This document shows, one piece after another, positions 24,663 through 35,867 of a stretch of 64,000 bases of DNA. The stretch comes from Centroscyllium fabricii. Its lineage: Eukaryota. Location: positions 41,850,001 through 41,914,000 of the forward strand of contig JBNRSN020000026.1 of assembly GCA_051313645.2 (NCBI GenBank). Direction: 5' to 3'. Position numbers and translations under genes: made by a program. The notes beneath the pieces were generated by a model. It ran no database searches. It saw only the letters and a program-made list of their open reading frames with translations, and had not been told where the DNA came from. Numbering within the stretch: position 1 is the first letter of the stretch; every line of letters begins with the position of its first letter.

Positions 24663-26479
24663 ATGGCTTCACAGTGGCAGAGGGCTGCACACTGGTTCTC
24701 AGGTGACTCCCTGCATATGCTTGTGGAGGGAGTGAGAGCATGCAGGGAAGCCCTTTTCCCTTCTGATGGGTGCAAGAGACCTCCCCATGGGACCAAATGA
24801 GCCTGGCTGCAGATAGCAGAGGAGGTGAACAGCAGGGATGTTGTGAGGAGGACCTGGGTGCAGTGGCACAAATGCTTCAATTATCTCATTAGATCTGGAA
24901 AGGTGAGTGCAAAGCCACACTCAACTTCATCCTGCTGTGCCTCTCATCACATCCCCATCACTCTGCCTTCCCATCCCTACTCCTGCACATCTTTACTCAC
25001 ACCAACATACCTTGCACATTCACCCACCCCTCTCTCGCCATCTACATAATCACATCCCCATCTGACTAACCATCCCTCACACTCAACCTCATCCTAATGC
25101 AATCATACTAACTGACAACACACAAGGAGGTAATTTGGCATTGGCATCCCACTCCCTCATAGTCACCCTCAAAAGGTGTAACCCATCCATTCCATCACTC
25201 TCACTCAAACTTCACTTCTTTCCCTCCTTGCAGGAGAAGACAACCCACAATAAGAGGGAAAGGAAGTGACCCTCCATTATTGGGGACGTTAACTGCATCA
25301 GAGGAGGTCGCCCTGGATGTCTCTAGAGTAGCCGAGCAGCTGGAGGTGGGAGACGGAGAGAGGGGGACATCTCAGCAACCTGGTGACAGAATTACATCTC
25401 ATACAGCCACATGGCTTACAGCAGTCACTCATATAGGGACTGATGTCAGCAGCCAGTGAATGTTCATCATGTGCATAATGATACAGTATTGATACCTATT
25501 CTTGATATGATATATCCATCTCACCTCATTACTATCGCACAAGTCCATCAAGAGCACCCCACCGCCCCCCTTCCACTGTCCAGGAGGAAGAGGAAGACGA
25601 CTCCTCAGAGGAGCCTCCAGCCTCTGAGGGCGCACCATCACCAGACATACGCGCACCCAGCACCAGCGCAGATACGCACACCTCGGTGGGTCCTATGTGA
25701 GATAGAGTAGTGTTGTCACCTGGTGTCTCACTAGTCACAAGTGAGCAAGAGCAGATGATGGAGACGGGGACAGCAATGGAGTCTCCTCGCTGGAGAGCGC
25801 AGGAAGCTTCCAGCTCTGCTCAGCTGCATGCAGATGCTGAGCCTCAGGGGCCATCCAGAAAGAGGGCAATCCTGGAGGTGCAGCAAGAAGTTCAGGAGGC
25901 TTTGACAAGTTTTGCGACCACAATGTCTGCAAATGTGCAGAGAATGGAGGAGTCCATCTCCAACATGAGCACCACCATGTCACAAGCGATGGTGACTGTA
26001 AGCTCTTCCATGGAAAGGACAGAGCAGCTAATGAGCCACTCACATGCTATCTATGCAGAATAGATGGCAGATGCTTATAGATCTCGTGTCTAGGAGCGAT
26101 TCCAAGATTGGCGTGAGTCCTCATGGCCACACTGCTGTGCAGCAAAGTGCTCTCCAGCTCCTTGCTAGCAGGACAGTATGGGTGGCCCATGAGAGGGATG
26201 GTGGTGACAGGAGATGTGGAAGAGGGGGGCTCTTCTCAAAGTGCTCGGTCAGAGCCCCAGATGCCTCCTGGGATCATGATGGCTGAGTCTTACCCTGCGC
26301 AGTCGCAGGAAGAGCAGAGTTTGGCGGCACCATCAGAGGCTCCAAAACCCAGAGGACATCCGCCAAAAATGTGTATGCAGTCGCAGCAGAGAAGTGAGCA
26401 GGTTGTCTCTACCTCTGCTGAAGCCAAAGGGGTTGCACCTCGTAGAAGCACGCATAAGAGAAAGATGACACAGAAGTAG
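24663..26479 (+). pseudogene. Harbinger Myb/SANT-like DNA-binding protein (spliced, with stops)
   Basis: Exon 1 24663-24902 (FSGDSLHMLVEGV..LF..AWLQIAEEVNS..RTWVQ) with AG|GTGAGT donor; acceptor before 25234; basic C-terminus PRRSTHKRK. Confidence 0.75.
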
Positions 26480-26494
26480 ATGCACAAGGGTAAC

Positions 26495-26732
26495 TGATGT
26501 ATCATCAATTAAAATGCAAAGACGAGTAGTTACCCAAACTATAGGCTTTTATTAACTAACAATGGAGCTGGTCTCCTGATGAGTTCAAGGCGAGAGTGAG
26601 CGGGGGCAGGGCAGCCCTCACCTATATGCTCCGACCTGAGGGGAGGAGTTAGGGGTGTGGCTGACCTGGCCTATCATACAATACCAGGTGAGAACATCAA
26701 CTATATACAATGGTATTTACACGGTTACCACA
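26495..26732 (-). mobile_element. Solo LTR
   Basis: TG..CA ends, TSD GTAAC; second copy at 59795. Confidence 0.85.
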
Positions 26733-27273
26733 GTAACCAACATGGGTGTTTGCAGAACTGTTTCTGTTAAGGTTCAGTTGCTCTTATATCACATATAAAA
26801 CTATATACTTTCACCACTTTCCGGTCATGCCCAATTTTGTCAGCTACTTCAGTGGTGACTTCATAAGTTGGAGTGAATAGTGAGACATAACGTTACCTCC
26901 AGCAATGGGGGTCAGTGAGAAAGTAATGGCTTGGTCATTGTAGGGATGTTATATGGTGTTGTTGTGGGGGTGGGGGCAGAATTGGGTGCAGCATGTGGCA
27001 GCCAGGGTGTATTGCATAAAGTTAAGTAAATCTGGCCATGATAGACAATAGACAATAGACATTTACGGCACTTGAACAGGCCAGCCGGCCTACAAGTCGT
27101 GCCGCCCGATCCCTCCAGCTATCCCTGGTCTCCCGGGCAGTAATGTGCTCGGCTGCTGGTGGCTTCTGGACCTCAGGTTCCTCCTGCTCCTCCTCCTCAT
27201 CTTCCAGCTGATGCTCCTCCTCCTCTGAAGAGGCCGTGCGCTCAGTGCCTTGCTCCTCATGCAGTGCTATTCC

Positions 27274-27945
27274 TCACTGCTGCACTATGTTGTGCTGCAT
27301 GCAGCAGACCACGCCGATTCTGGAGATCCTGGCTGGTGCGTACTGAAGGGCTCCTCCAGATCTGTCAAGGCATCTGAATCTCATTTTCAGCATGCCTATT
27401 ATTTGCTCTACGACACATCTGGTGGACATGTGGCTTTCATTATATCTCTCCTCGGCCTCAGTACTTGGCCTCCTCAAGGGTATCATGAGCCATATCTTCA
27501 GTAGATAGCACTTGTCTGCAAGCAGCCAGCCAGAAAGATTGTTTGGAGGTGCGAAGAGCTGAGGGAGGGTGGACTGGCGCAGGACGAAAGAGTCATGATG
27601 GCTGCCAGGGAATTTGGCACACACATGAATGAAAATCTTACGATGGGTACAGACCAGCTGCACATTGAGGGAGTGGAAGTCTTTGCAGTTGGCAAAGACT
27701 CCTGGGTGGTGGTGGGGTGCCCTGATGGCCCCATGTGTGCAGTCGATGATGCCCTGCACCCATGGGAAGCCAGCCAGAGTGGCAAAGTTGAGTGCCCGCT
27801 CAGTAATACTGGCTTCATCAGTGGCAAAGTTGATGTAATTGGCTGGCTTGTCAAACATGGCATCAGTGACATGTGTGATGCACCTGTGGGCGGCTGACTG
27901 TGAGATGCTGCAAATGTCTGCTGTAAATCCCAGGAAGGAGCCTGC
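27274..27945 (-). pseudogene. Harbinger (HARBI1-like) DDE transposase, N-terminally truncated
   Basis: [57 protein letters not shown] motifs. Confidence 0.88.
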
Positions 27946-29039
27946 GCTGATCCCCTCGGTCCTGTGGAGCATCATCAGGTCGTTGAGGAGAAGGTTGGTG
28001 ATGTTGCTGGTGCTGCTGGTGTTGGGGCTCCCCGTGGTCCGATTCTGAGGATCAAGGTGAGAAAGTATAAATGGCACCCGTGCTGATGTCATACATGGCA
28101 GTTCAAGTAGAGATTAGAGAAGCAATCTGTCAATGGTATGATAGGTAGTAGCAAAGAGATGACAGTGGGTTCCAAATTTGTAGAAAAGACTGGCAAGTTC
28201 TAGAGACATAAATCTGTTCTGAAAATGGACTCAGCAACAGCAATTCCCTTAGGAAAGTGAGCAGGTATCCGATGGTAGTATTTATTGTGCTTTCCATGCT
28301 CTGTATTAATGACCTCAATCAATGGCCACTGAATTTCTGCCTCAGCTTGACAGACGTGGTTCCCGAGCTGCGTGATTCCCGTGGTCATGCAGTGAAATTG
28401 AAAAGTATGATTAAAAAGATGGTTAAGGGTCTGACAACAAGCTGATAATGATCTAATTTAGATCGCCTGCCTCTGCCATTCGGGTCGCTGCCGCGCTGGC
28501 AAACACGCCCGAGTTAAAGGTGCGAGGAGGTGGGATGACGGCAGGTTCCTGACTCACTCCTTTTTATTTCCACTTTCACTCCCGAGCCGCCTCCAATCCC
28601 GCACTCACGGACGAATGAAAATTCCAGCCAAAATCTCCTCTCTTTGTTGATAGTGAGAGTCCTGTGCGAAATGAGTTTGGGTAGTCTCAACTCAGTTCCT
28701 GGTTAGTGGTCAAAATTTAGCACAATTTAACTGATAACTTACTCAGAGAGGCCATAAGGATGGCTAGTGAGGGAAATACATACTAACGCAGTGTGGGATA
28801 CTGTGCGGAGTTTGTGATTAGGGCACATTGCCGAAGCAAAGTAAAAGCACCTGGGCTGTGAATTGTCTGACCTGGGAATGTATCTGCTGACACTGTGTAG
28901 AAAAGGAGTTCCATGCCTCAGTATTGTCATCCTCACCCTATTGAGCAGGGAACTTCATCAAACAGGTAAAGGGACAAGAGATAGTAAAAAAACAAAAGAA
29001 ACATTCTGAACATTTAAAGGAGGGTTGTTTGTTAGGGTA

Positions 29040-29395
29040 CACAGAGTCACAGAGTTATACAGCACAGAAAGAGGCCCTTCGGCCCATCGTGTCCGCGCCG
29101 GCCATCAAGCCCTGTCTATTCTAATCCCATTTTCCAGCACTTGGTCCGTAGCCTTGTATGCTATGGCGTTTCAAGTGCTCATCTAAATGCTTCTTGAATG
29201 TTGTGAGGGTTCCTGCCTCTACCACCCTTTCAGGCAGTGAGTTCCAGATTCCAACCACCCTCTGGGTGAAAAGGTTCTTCCTCATATCCCCTCTAAACCT
29301 CCCGCCCCTTACCTTGAAACTATGCCCCCTGGTTATTGACCCCTCTACCAAGGGAAAAAGTTCCTTTCTATCTACCCTATCCATGCCCCTCATAA
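29040..29395 (-). mobile_element. CR1 3' end
   Basis: FTQRVVGIWNSLPERVVEA; stem-loop tail. Confidence 0.85.
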
Positions 29396-30063
29396 TTTTC
29401 AGATCTGTGAAATACAGTTTCAGCTGTGTGAACATAGTATAACTCGTGTCCTGACCGGACTCCTGAACATGTTAAAGTCAAGTGATGTGCGACATCATCC
29501 ATTTCACACCAACTTACGTTTGCATCAGGTGCAGTATTACTCCAGATTGGTGCAATGTCACACTTTGGAAGTGCTTCCAGTGTGTTAGACCAGCTCTTTA
29601 TAACATTACTTTCCAGTGTTTTTGACTTCAGGAGGAAGGTCACAATTCCTCTAGTGCTCTGTTAACATTAAAATATTATCCCCTGGAGGAGCAGAGCACT
29701 GCACATGAGGTAAAATGTACCTTTGTTGCTGTTCTCTGTGCAACTCTGAGTAACTTTGTCAGCAGTATAACTCTGGTTTGCCAAATGTCCATCATAGTCT
29801 ACAGATATCAATATGAAATCAGTAGCAGTAGTATAACTGTAGCCTTAGAACTTAATTTGTGTAATTTGGAATCACATGCATGATCCAACAAAAGGACTTC
29901 TTATAACCACCATACAGTCAGATCGAACCCTGGGGACTGAAAGTCATTTTAATTTGTAAGGGTTTATCTTATTAAGGTCTGACCTCCCCTGGCAACTGTA
30001 ATGGAACTTCAACTGGGAGCAAAGAACAAAATTAATTATACAGGAGATCCATAACAACACAAT

Positions 30064-30816
30064 GACCCAGATATTCGGGTTGGCGACTTCCCGCGAGTGC
30101 AAGCATCCAACCCACGCTTACGGACTGCGCCGGCCATCGATCATTGCACCCGCATGAAATCCCAATGCGGGGCCCTCCTGAAGTGTCGGCGCGCTGTGCT
30201 GCTGCATCTGAGCAGTGAAGATAGTGCGAGATAGCGCGCGGGATCACATGGCCCGCCTTGAGCCCGCGCGCTCCATGCATAAGTTTGACAGGAAGACCTG
30301 TCAAACTTATGAATACTACAACCTCAAAACATCACTAAATCTTAAAATATATTTTTTTTAAACATCACATTCTTTAAAATAACTATCAATTACACAAATT
30401 AGCTATTTTAAACAAAAATTAAAATTTTTGGAAAAAATATTTAAAGTATTTTACGGGGCTAAAAATCAACTTACCTGTCTTTAAAGTATTTAAAAATGAA
30501 AAACCTGTGGAAAGAAATGTTTACATTGAATTAAATCACGACTTACCTGCTGAAAACCACTCTTTGCGCATGAAAATAGGAGATGTAACTTTTACAAATA
30601 CTTACCCGGATAAAAACCTGTAAAAAAATCGGAATTCCATTGCGCACCCGCTGCCGCGCACACAAACGTGTTCCGACCCCTGATGCCTTCTTTCAGGGGA
30701 TCGGAAGTGCCGGTTTCACGCGCATGCGCAGTGCATGCCGGAAACCGGCTATTCCGATGGGCCCACGCATGAGTACCCTGTCCGTACTCACGCGTTGGGA
30801 GCCTTATTTCTGGCCC
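30064..30816. mobile_element. Harbinger-type MITE
   Basis: Imperfect TIR GACCCAGATATT/TATTTCTGGCCC, TSD AAT; GC-rich ends and AT-rich core. Confidence 0.75.
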
Positions 30817-31515
30817 AATGTGTTATTATGAGTTGTCACCATTGGTGCTTTTTTAATAATTTTATAAAATTATATAACTGGAAATATATTTATCAGAATA
30901 CAAATCTCTATCCATCTTTTACCTGGAGTGCGCAGCCCATTATTGTCAATCATTACGGGCATCCCACTGTAATGCCACCTGGCCTCATATGAAAGTCTCC
31001 AGACTACCTACTTGGATATGCAGTGCCACCATATGGGTATCAGTGGGGTATCGCCACATTCTCGTAATGATCTCTAAAGAACATAATATTGTAGCTGATG
31101 TACATTTTAACGGGAAATATTTTACTACAGTAAGCAGAGAAAAGAAAATCCCTGCATTGATGTACGCTTCTCCAAGGCCGGGGTACCCTCCACAACTTAT
31201 TGGTTTACAGCAATTCAAAATTTCTTGGCAGCATTTTGGCAGCCTGCCAGTACCAGGGTCCAGCTGGTCCCAAAATTGCGAGCACACCACCAGATTAAAA
31301 CTAGCTCAATGTCAGAAGATGAAAAGTTATTGCTTTGTAATATGGTTGCCCATGATATTAAATGTCACCTTCAGACACCTTTCTGAGTTATTTCAACGTC
31401 TGCTAAATGTTTTGAATGTTAAATCATAATTCAGCTATAATCACGTGTAACTCAATCAGAACTCTCCACATTCCAACTAATCAAACAACAAAATAAAAGT
31501 CTTGATGTGCACTTT

Positions 31516-32025
31516 GGTCTGGATTTTCTTCTGCTGTGCCACCCAAAGTCAGGCAGTGAAGCAGGGAAAATGAAGCTGGAAGGCCATCACACCTAAATCT
31601 GACAGTAGAAATATTCTCTTCCCCGCCCGCCCACCCCCATAGAGATGTCAGCTGTTTCCCCCACCTCCTTACTGTGCTGCTGCCTTTAAATGATGGGGAA
31701 GGAGCGGGCTAAGGGAACTGCCCTGCCTTCCTGCCAGCGTATCGCTGACCCCATTGTATGAATCGAGCAGGGTGCTGGTACTTGCTCGAGCAGTGATAGG
31801 AGAACACCAGAGCCACCGAAGGCGGTTTTGGCCAACTCCCATTCCCTCCTACAGCTATCGGGAGCGATCTTGGCTCATGTAGAGCCATTTCCACAAACTG
31901 GGAATTCTGCCCCCTTCAAACATTATTCCTCCCCCTTTGGGTACTCCAGCACCACTGGAGTTTCATTCTGTACAGTCAGGGGGCTCCCTCGGTAGACAAA
32001 ACTGCCCCAGAGGAAAATCCAGCCC
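31516..32025. mobile_element. Old Harbinger-type MITE
   Basis: TIR GGTCTGGATTTTC/GAAAATCCAGCCC. Confidence 0.55.
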
Positions 32026-32044
32026 CCTGTGTTAAAGTGTGTCT

Positions 32045-32987
32045 TGTAGCGCTTGCAGGACCCAAGAACCACGCGGGAGCCAGAGAGACAGAAAAACACT
32101 TGTTTAATACATTACAGTAAGGAAGGAAGAGACAGAAACACGAGGAGCAGGCTTATTTAAAAGACCCGCTTTAGTGACCTCATCACGCTGAGGGATGGTG
32201 GTGACGTCATCACGTCACCCGATGGGCGGGAGCGGGGTAGTTTGAGGAGGAAAACGGTGCGGAACAGGGAGGCGGGATCTGCGGTGAGCGCTTGCATCTG
32301 ACCCCAAAGGTCCGATGGGTCTGCGTCCCCGAGTTCGGGGAGGTTAAGGAGCTGGCAGTCGCGCTCAAATTGGGAGGGGGTAAAAAAAATTAGGAGCGCG
32401 GCCTTGAGGAACTCATACCTGCCTGCTGTGGGCACACGCTGTAGCTTCGACCACATCCGATCGATCGTCAATTGCGGTAGGGCCGAAAAGACCAAGTCGT
32501 AGCGGTCATCCCCCTGGACGCCGTGTGTGCGGCAGCTGGTTTCGATGCACATAAACCAGGCCGCTGGGCGTTGCTCCCAGAACTCCGGTAGGGTAAGTCT
32601 GTGCCCGAAGTTCTGGCCAAGTCCTTCGGTTTGAGAAGCTTGGTTCCTTGTAGTCATGTTTAACTTTTAAAGTGTCCTGAGGCTGCTTGGTCTTTGGTCC
32701 TGTAGCTGCTTTTTCTCCTTGGAAGTCGTTCCAAGTCGGGGTCACCGCTGTAGCGCTTGCAGGACCCAAGAACCACGCGGGAGCCAGAGAGACAGAAAAA
32801 CACTTGTTTAATACATTACAGTAAGGAAGGAAGAGACTGAAACACGAGGAGCAGGCTTATTTAAAAGACCCGCTTTAGTGACCTCATCACGCCGAGGGAT
32901 GGTGGTGACGTCATCACGTCGCCCGATGGGCGGGGCTATGCCCCGCAGCTCTCGAGGCGGATTCGTCAGTCTTAGTGTGCCGCCACA
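32045..32987 (-). mobile_element. Internally deleted Gypsy element: 5' LTR, PBS, gag N-terminus, truncated 3' LTR
   Basis: LTR 32749-32987 and partial copy 32045-32230, near-identical; TSD GTCT; PBS GGTGACCCCGAC (tRNA-Trp-like). Confidence 0.88.
32157..32657 (-). CDS. Truncated Gypsy gag N-terminal domain fused to LTR-encoded tail (166 aa)
   Basis: LPEFWEQRPAAWF..IE, YEFLKAALL, LGDADPSDL resemble Gypsy gag N-termini. Confidence 0.6.
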   Translation of the reverse strand: MTTRNQASQTEGLGQNFGHRLTLPEFWEQRPAAWFMCIETSCRTHGVQGDDRYDLVFSALPQLTIDRMWSKLQRVPTAGRYEFLKAALLIFFTPSQFERDCQLLNLPELGDADPSDLWGQMQALTADPASLFRTVFLLKLPRSRPSGDVMTSPPSLSVMRSLKRVF

Positions 32988-33576
32988 GTCTTATTATTCC
33001 ATCGTCAAATCCCCCACCATCCTGGGGGTCTTCATTGACCAGAAACTTAACTGGACCAGCCACATAAATACTGTAGTTACAAGAGCAGCTCAGAGGCTGG
33101 GTATTCTGTGGTGAGTGACTCACCTCCTGAGTGACTCCCCGAAGCCTTTCCACCATCTACAAGGCACAAAGTCTGGAGTGTGATGGAATACTCTCCACTT
33201 GCCTGGATGAGCGCAGCCCCAACAACACTCAATAAGCTCAACACCAACCAAGGCAAAGCAGCCCGCTTGATCAGCACCCCATCCACCACCTGGAATTTTT
33301 CTTTTACGCTGTCATAGTCGAATGAAGAAGATGCCTCCTTTTACACGGCAATGGAGTTTGTGACAATTCATTACCCTCATTCTTGTACTAGAATGACAGT
33401 GTTCCAGAAGTATGTGTAAACTGTCAGCTTACATCATTATACACTGGCACTTACTGCGATGTAATACTGTGAATAAAATCAGTGTAGTTACCAGCAGCAT
33501 TCCACATCCAGCAACACCTCCAAACCCACGACCTCCACCACCTGGAAGGACAAGGGCAGCAAGTACATTGGAACAC

Positions 33577-34186
33577 AATAAAATACAATACAATTCAATT
33601 TATTGTCATTGTAAAGTGAACACAATACAACGAAATGCAAACATGCAATCCCCCAAAGAAACAACAGACATCAAAATGTCCTCTCCTGCAAGTCCCAGTC
33701 TGGTCCATAATGGCCCCCCCGACGGGCCGACGCTCCAGCCCCGATGCTCGGGCCCCGATGCGCCGACGCTCCAGCCCCGATGCTCGGGCCCCGATGCGCC
33801 GACGCTCCAGCCCCGATGCTCGGGCCCCGATGCGCCGACGCTCCAGCCCCGATGCTCGGGCTCCGACGGGCCGACGCTCCAGCCCCGATGCTCGGGCCCC
33901 GATGCGCCGACGCTCCAGCCCCGACGCTCCAGCCCCGATGCTCGGGCTCCGACGGGCCGACGCTCCAGCCCCGATGCTCGGGCCCCGATGCGCCGATGCT
34001 CCAGCCCCGATGCTCAGGCCCCGACGGCCGACGCTCCAGCCCCGATGCACAGGCCACGTAGGCTCCAGCCCCGACGGGCTTGATGTTACCGGCCACGCTC
34101 AGAACCAGTACGGGGACCAGCGGACATCATTTTTTCGGGAGACGCAAGGCCGCTGCGTCTATGCGCGCCGCCATCTTGTCACTTGA
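33577..34186 (-). mobile_element. Non-autonomous retroelement with internal GC-rich VNTR
   Basis: Minus 5' CAAGATGGCGGCG; 3' AATAAA plus (TTGWA)n tail; interrupts LINE sequence. Confidence 0.55.
33720..34078. repeat. 36-bp GC-rich minisatellite, about 9-10 units
   Basis: CCGACGCTCCAGCCCCGATGCTCGGGCCCCGATGCG repeats. Confidence 0.95.
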
Positions 34187-34450
34187 TGCCTCCAAGTTCC
34201 CCTCCAAGTCACACACCATCCTGACCGGAACATATATCGCCGTTCCTTCGTGGTCACTGGAGCAAATCCTGGAACCCCTTACCTAACAGCACTGTAGGAG
34301 TACCTTCACTACACGGAATGTGGCAGTTCAAGAAGAAGGCCCAACGCCACCTTCTCAAGGGCAACTAATGGCAATAAATGCTGGCCTTGCTAGTGACACC
34401 CATATTCCCAAAATGAATTTTTTTAAATCCTGTATCTCCTTGTCATACTA

Positions 34451-35157
34451 CAGGTTGGGCAGCACGGTGGCACAGCGGTTAGCACTGTTGTCTCACAGCA
34501 CTGGAGACCCGGGTTCAAATCCAGCCTCGGGTACTATCTGTGGAGTTTGCACATTCTCCCCGTGTCTGCGTGGGTTTCCTCCGGGTGCTCCGGTTTCCTC
34601 CCACAATCCAAAGATGTGCAGGTTAGCTTGATTGGCCATGCTAATTTGACCCTTAGTGTTAGGGGGATTGAATATGTGGGGTTGCGGGGATAGGGTGGGA
34701 TATGTGTCAGTTAGGGATCGAGGGATGTGGGGAGAGGGCAGGGGCGGGGTACTGGGTTTGGATGATCAGCCATGATCTCATTGAATGGCGGAGCAGGCTC
34801 GAAGGGCCGAATGGCCTACTCCTGCTCCTAGTTTCTATGTTTCTAGGTTGAGCGCCGTTAATCCGGCACCCTCATGACCAGGCCGGTGCCGGACCTCTGA
34901 AAATTCTGAACCACTGAAGGTTCGGGGGAGCGCGCGGGTAGAACACTCCCCGGGAGGGAGCCAGGGATAGAACACTTAGAGAACCTGAAAAAACAGAAAC
35001 ACAAACGCCCAACGCCTTCGGCGCTCGCTCACCCTTCCCGGGAAATGGTGGTGCCACCGAGCGGCTGCTCTGCAAAATGAAGAGTGCTGGTTTCCAATCA
35101 TGCCGGACCACTGAAGCTGCTGGACCATCGGGTGCCGGATTACCGGTGCTCAACCTG
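34451..35157. mobile_element. Tigger-like MITE with left TIR split by a V-SINE
   Basis: TA|CAGGTT..GAGCGCCG / CCGGTGCTCAACCTG|TA. Confidence 0.8.
34457..34844 (+). mobile_element. HE1-like V-SINE, tail type 2
   Basis: tRNA head, V-domain, HER1 tail; AGGTT duplicated on both sides. Confidence 0.9.
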
Positions 35158-35531
35158 TATCGTGATTTAGGTTTAAATAATATTCCAGATTTACCTCCTC
35201 TATACTGTTTGCATGGATTTACAAAAGATAAATCGTGCTTGACTAATCTACTGGAATTTTTTGAGGATGTAACTGGTAGAATAGATAAGGGAAAACCAGT
35301 GGATGTGGTGTATTTGGACTTTCAGAAGGCTTTCGATAAGGTCCCGCATAAGAGATTATTGTGCAAAGTTAAGGCACATGGGGTTGGAGGCAAGGTACTG
35401 ACTTGAATAGAGAACTGGTTGGCAGACAGGAAGCAAAGAGTTGGAATAAACGGGTCTTTATCCGAGTGGCAGGCAGCGACTAGTGGGGTACCGCAGGGAT
35501 CGGTGCTAGGACCCCAGCTATTCACAATATA

Positions 35532-35867
35532 TGTGATGTGGAGGTGCCGGTGTTGGACTGGGGTGGACAAATGCAAGAAGTCACACAACAGCAGGTTATA
35601 GTCCAACAGTTTTACTTGAAATCACAAGCTTTTGGAGCGCTGCTCCTTCCTCAGGTGAAAGAGAAGTTCATTTAAAGACAGCATATATACAAGGGAGAGA
35701 GCAATCTAATCTGTAACCTTGGAGAGATTACACTGCTCTCTCCCTTGTATATATGCTGTCTTTAAATGAACTTCTCTTTCACCTGAGGAAGGAGCAGCGC
35801 TCCGAAAGCTTGTGATTTCAAATAAAATTGTTGGACTATAACCTGCTGTTGTGTGACTTCTTGCATT
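35532..35867. mobile_element. Penelope-like hairpin insertion in CR1
   Basis: Near-perfect inverted arms of about 135 bp plus unpaired extension; 13-bp TSD TATTCACAATATA. Confidence 0.85.
35779..35815 (+). ncRNA. Minimal type I hammerhead ribozyme motif
   Basis: tcac-CTGAGGA-a-ggagc-agc-gctcc-GAAA-gc-TT-gtga: helix I tcac/gtga, helix II ggagc/gctcc, palindromic AGCT helix III. Confidence 0.7.

Larger units (their letters stand above)
24410..28630. mobile_element. Decayed PIF/Harbinger transposon with convergent Myb/SANT and DDE genes
   Basis: TIR TGGCTGGAATTTTC/GAAAATTCCAGCCA; TSD not evident. Confidence 0.8.
33015..34415 (+). mobile_element. CR1/L2-group LINE 3' fragment, interrupted
   Basis: TILGVFIDQKLNWTSHIN..AAQRLGIL; tail GGCAATAAATGCTGGCCTTGC. 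Confidence 0.75.

Noticed and set aside
27274-28092. Domesticated host gene HARBI1
   Set aside because: Lies within TIRs next to a Myb gene, is truncated and decayed; a transposon copy
30989-31429. 146-aa ORF in unique-looking DNA
   Set aside because: No recognisable domain or convincing splice signals
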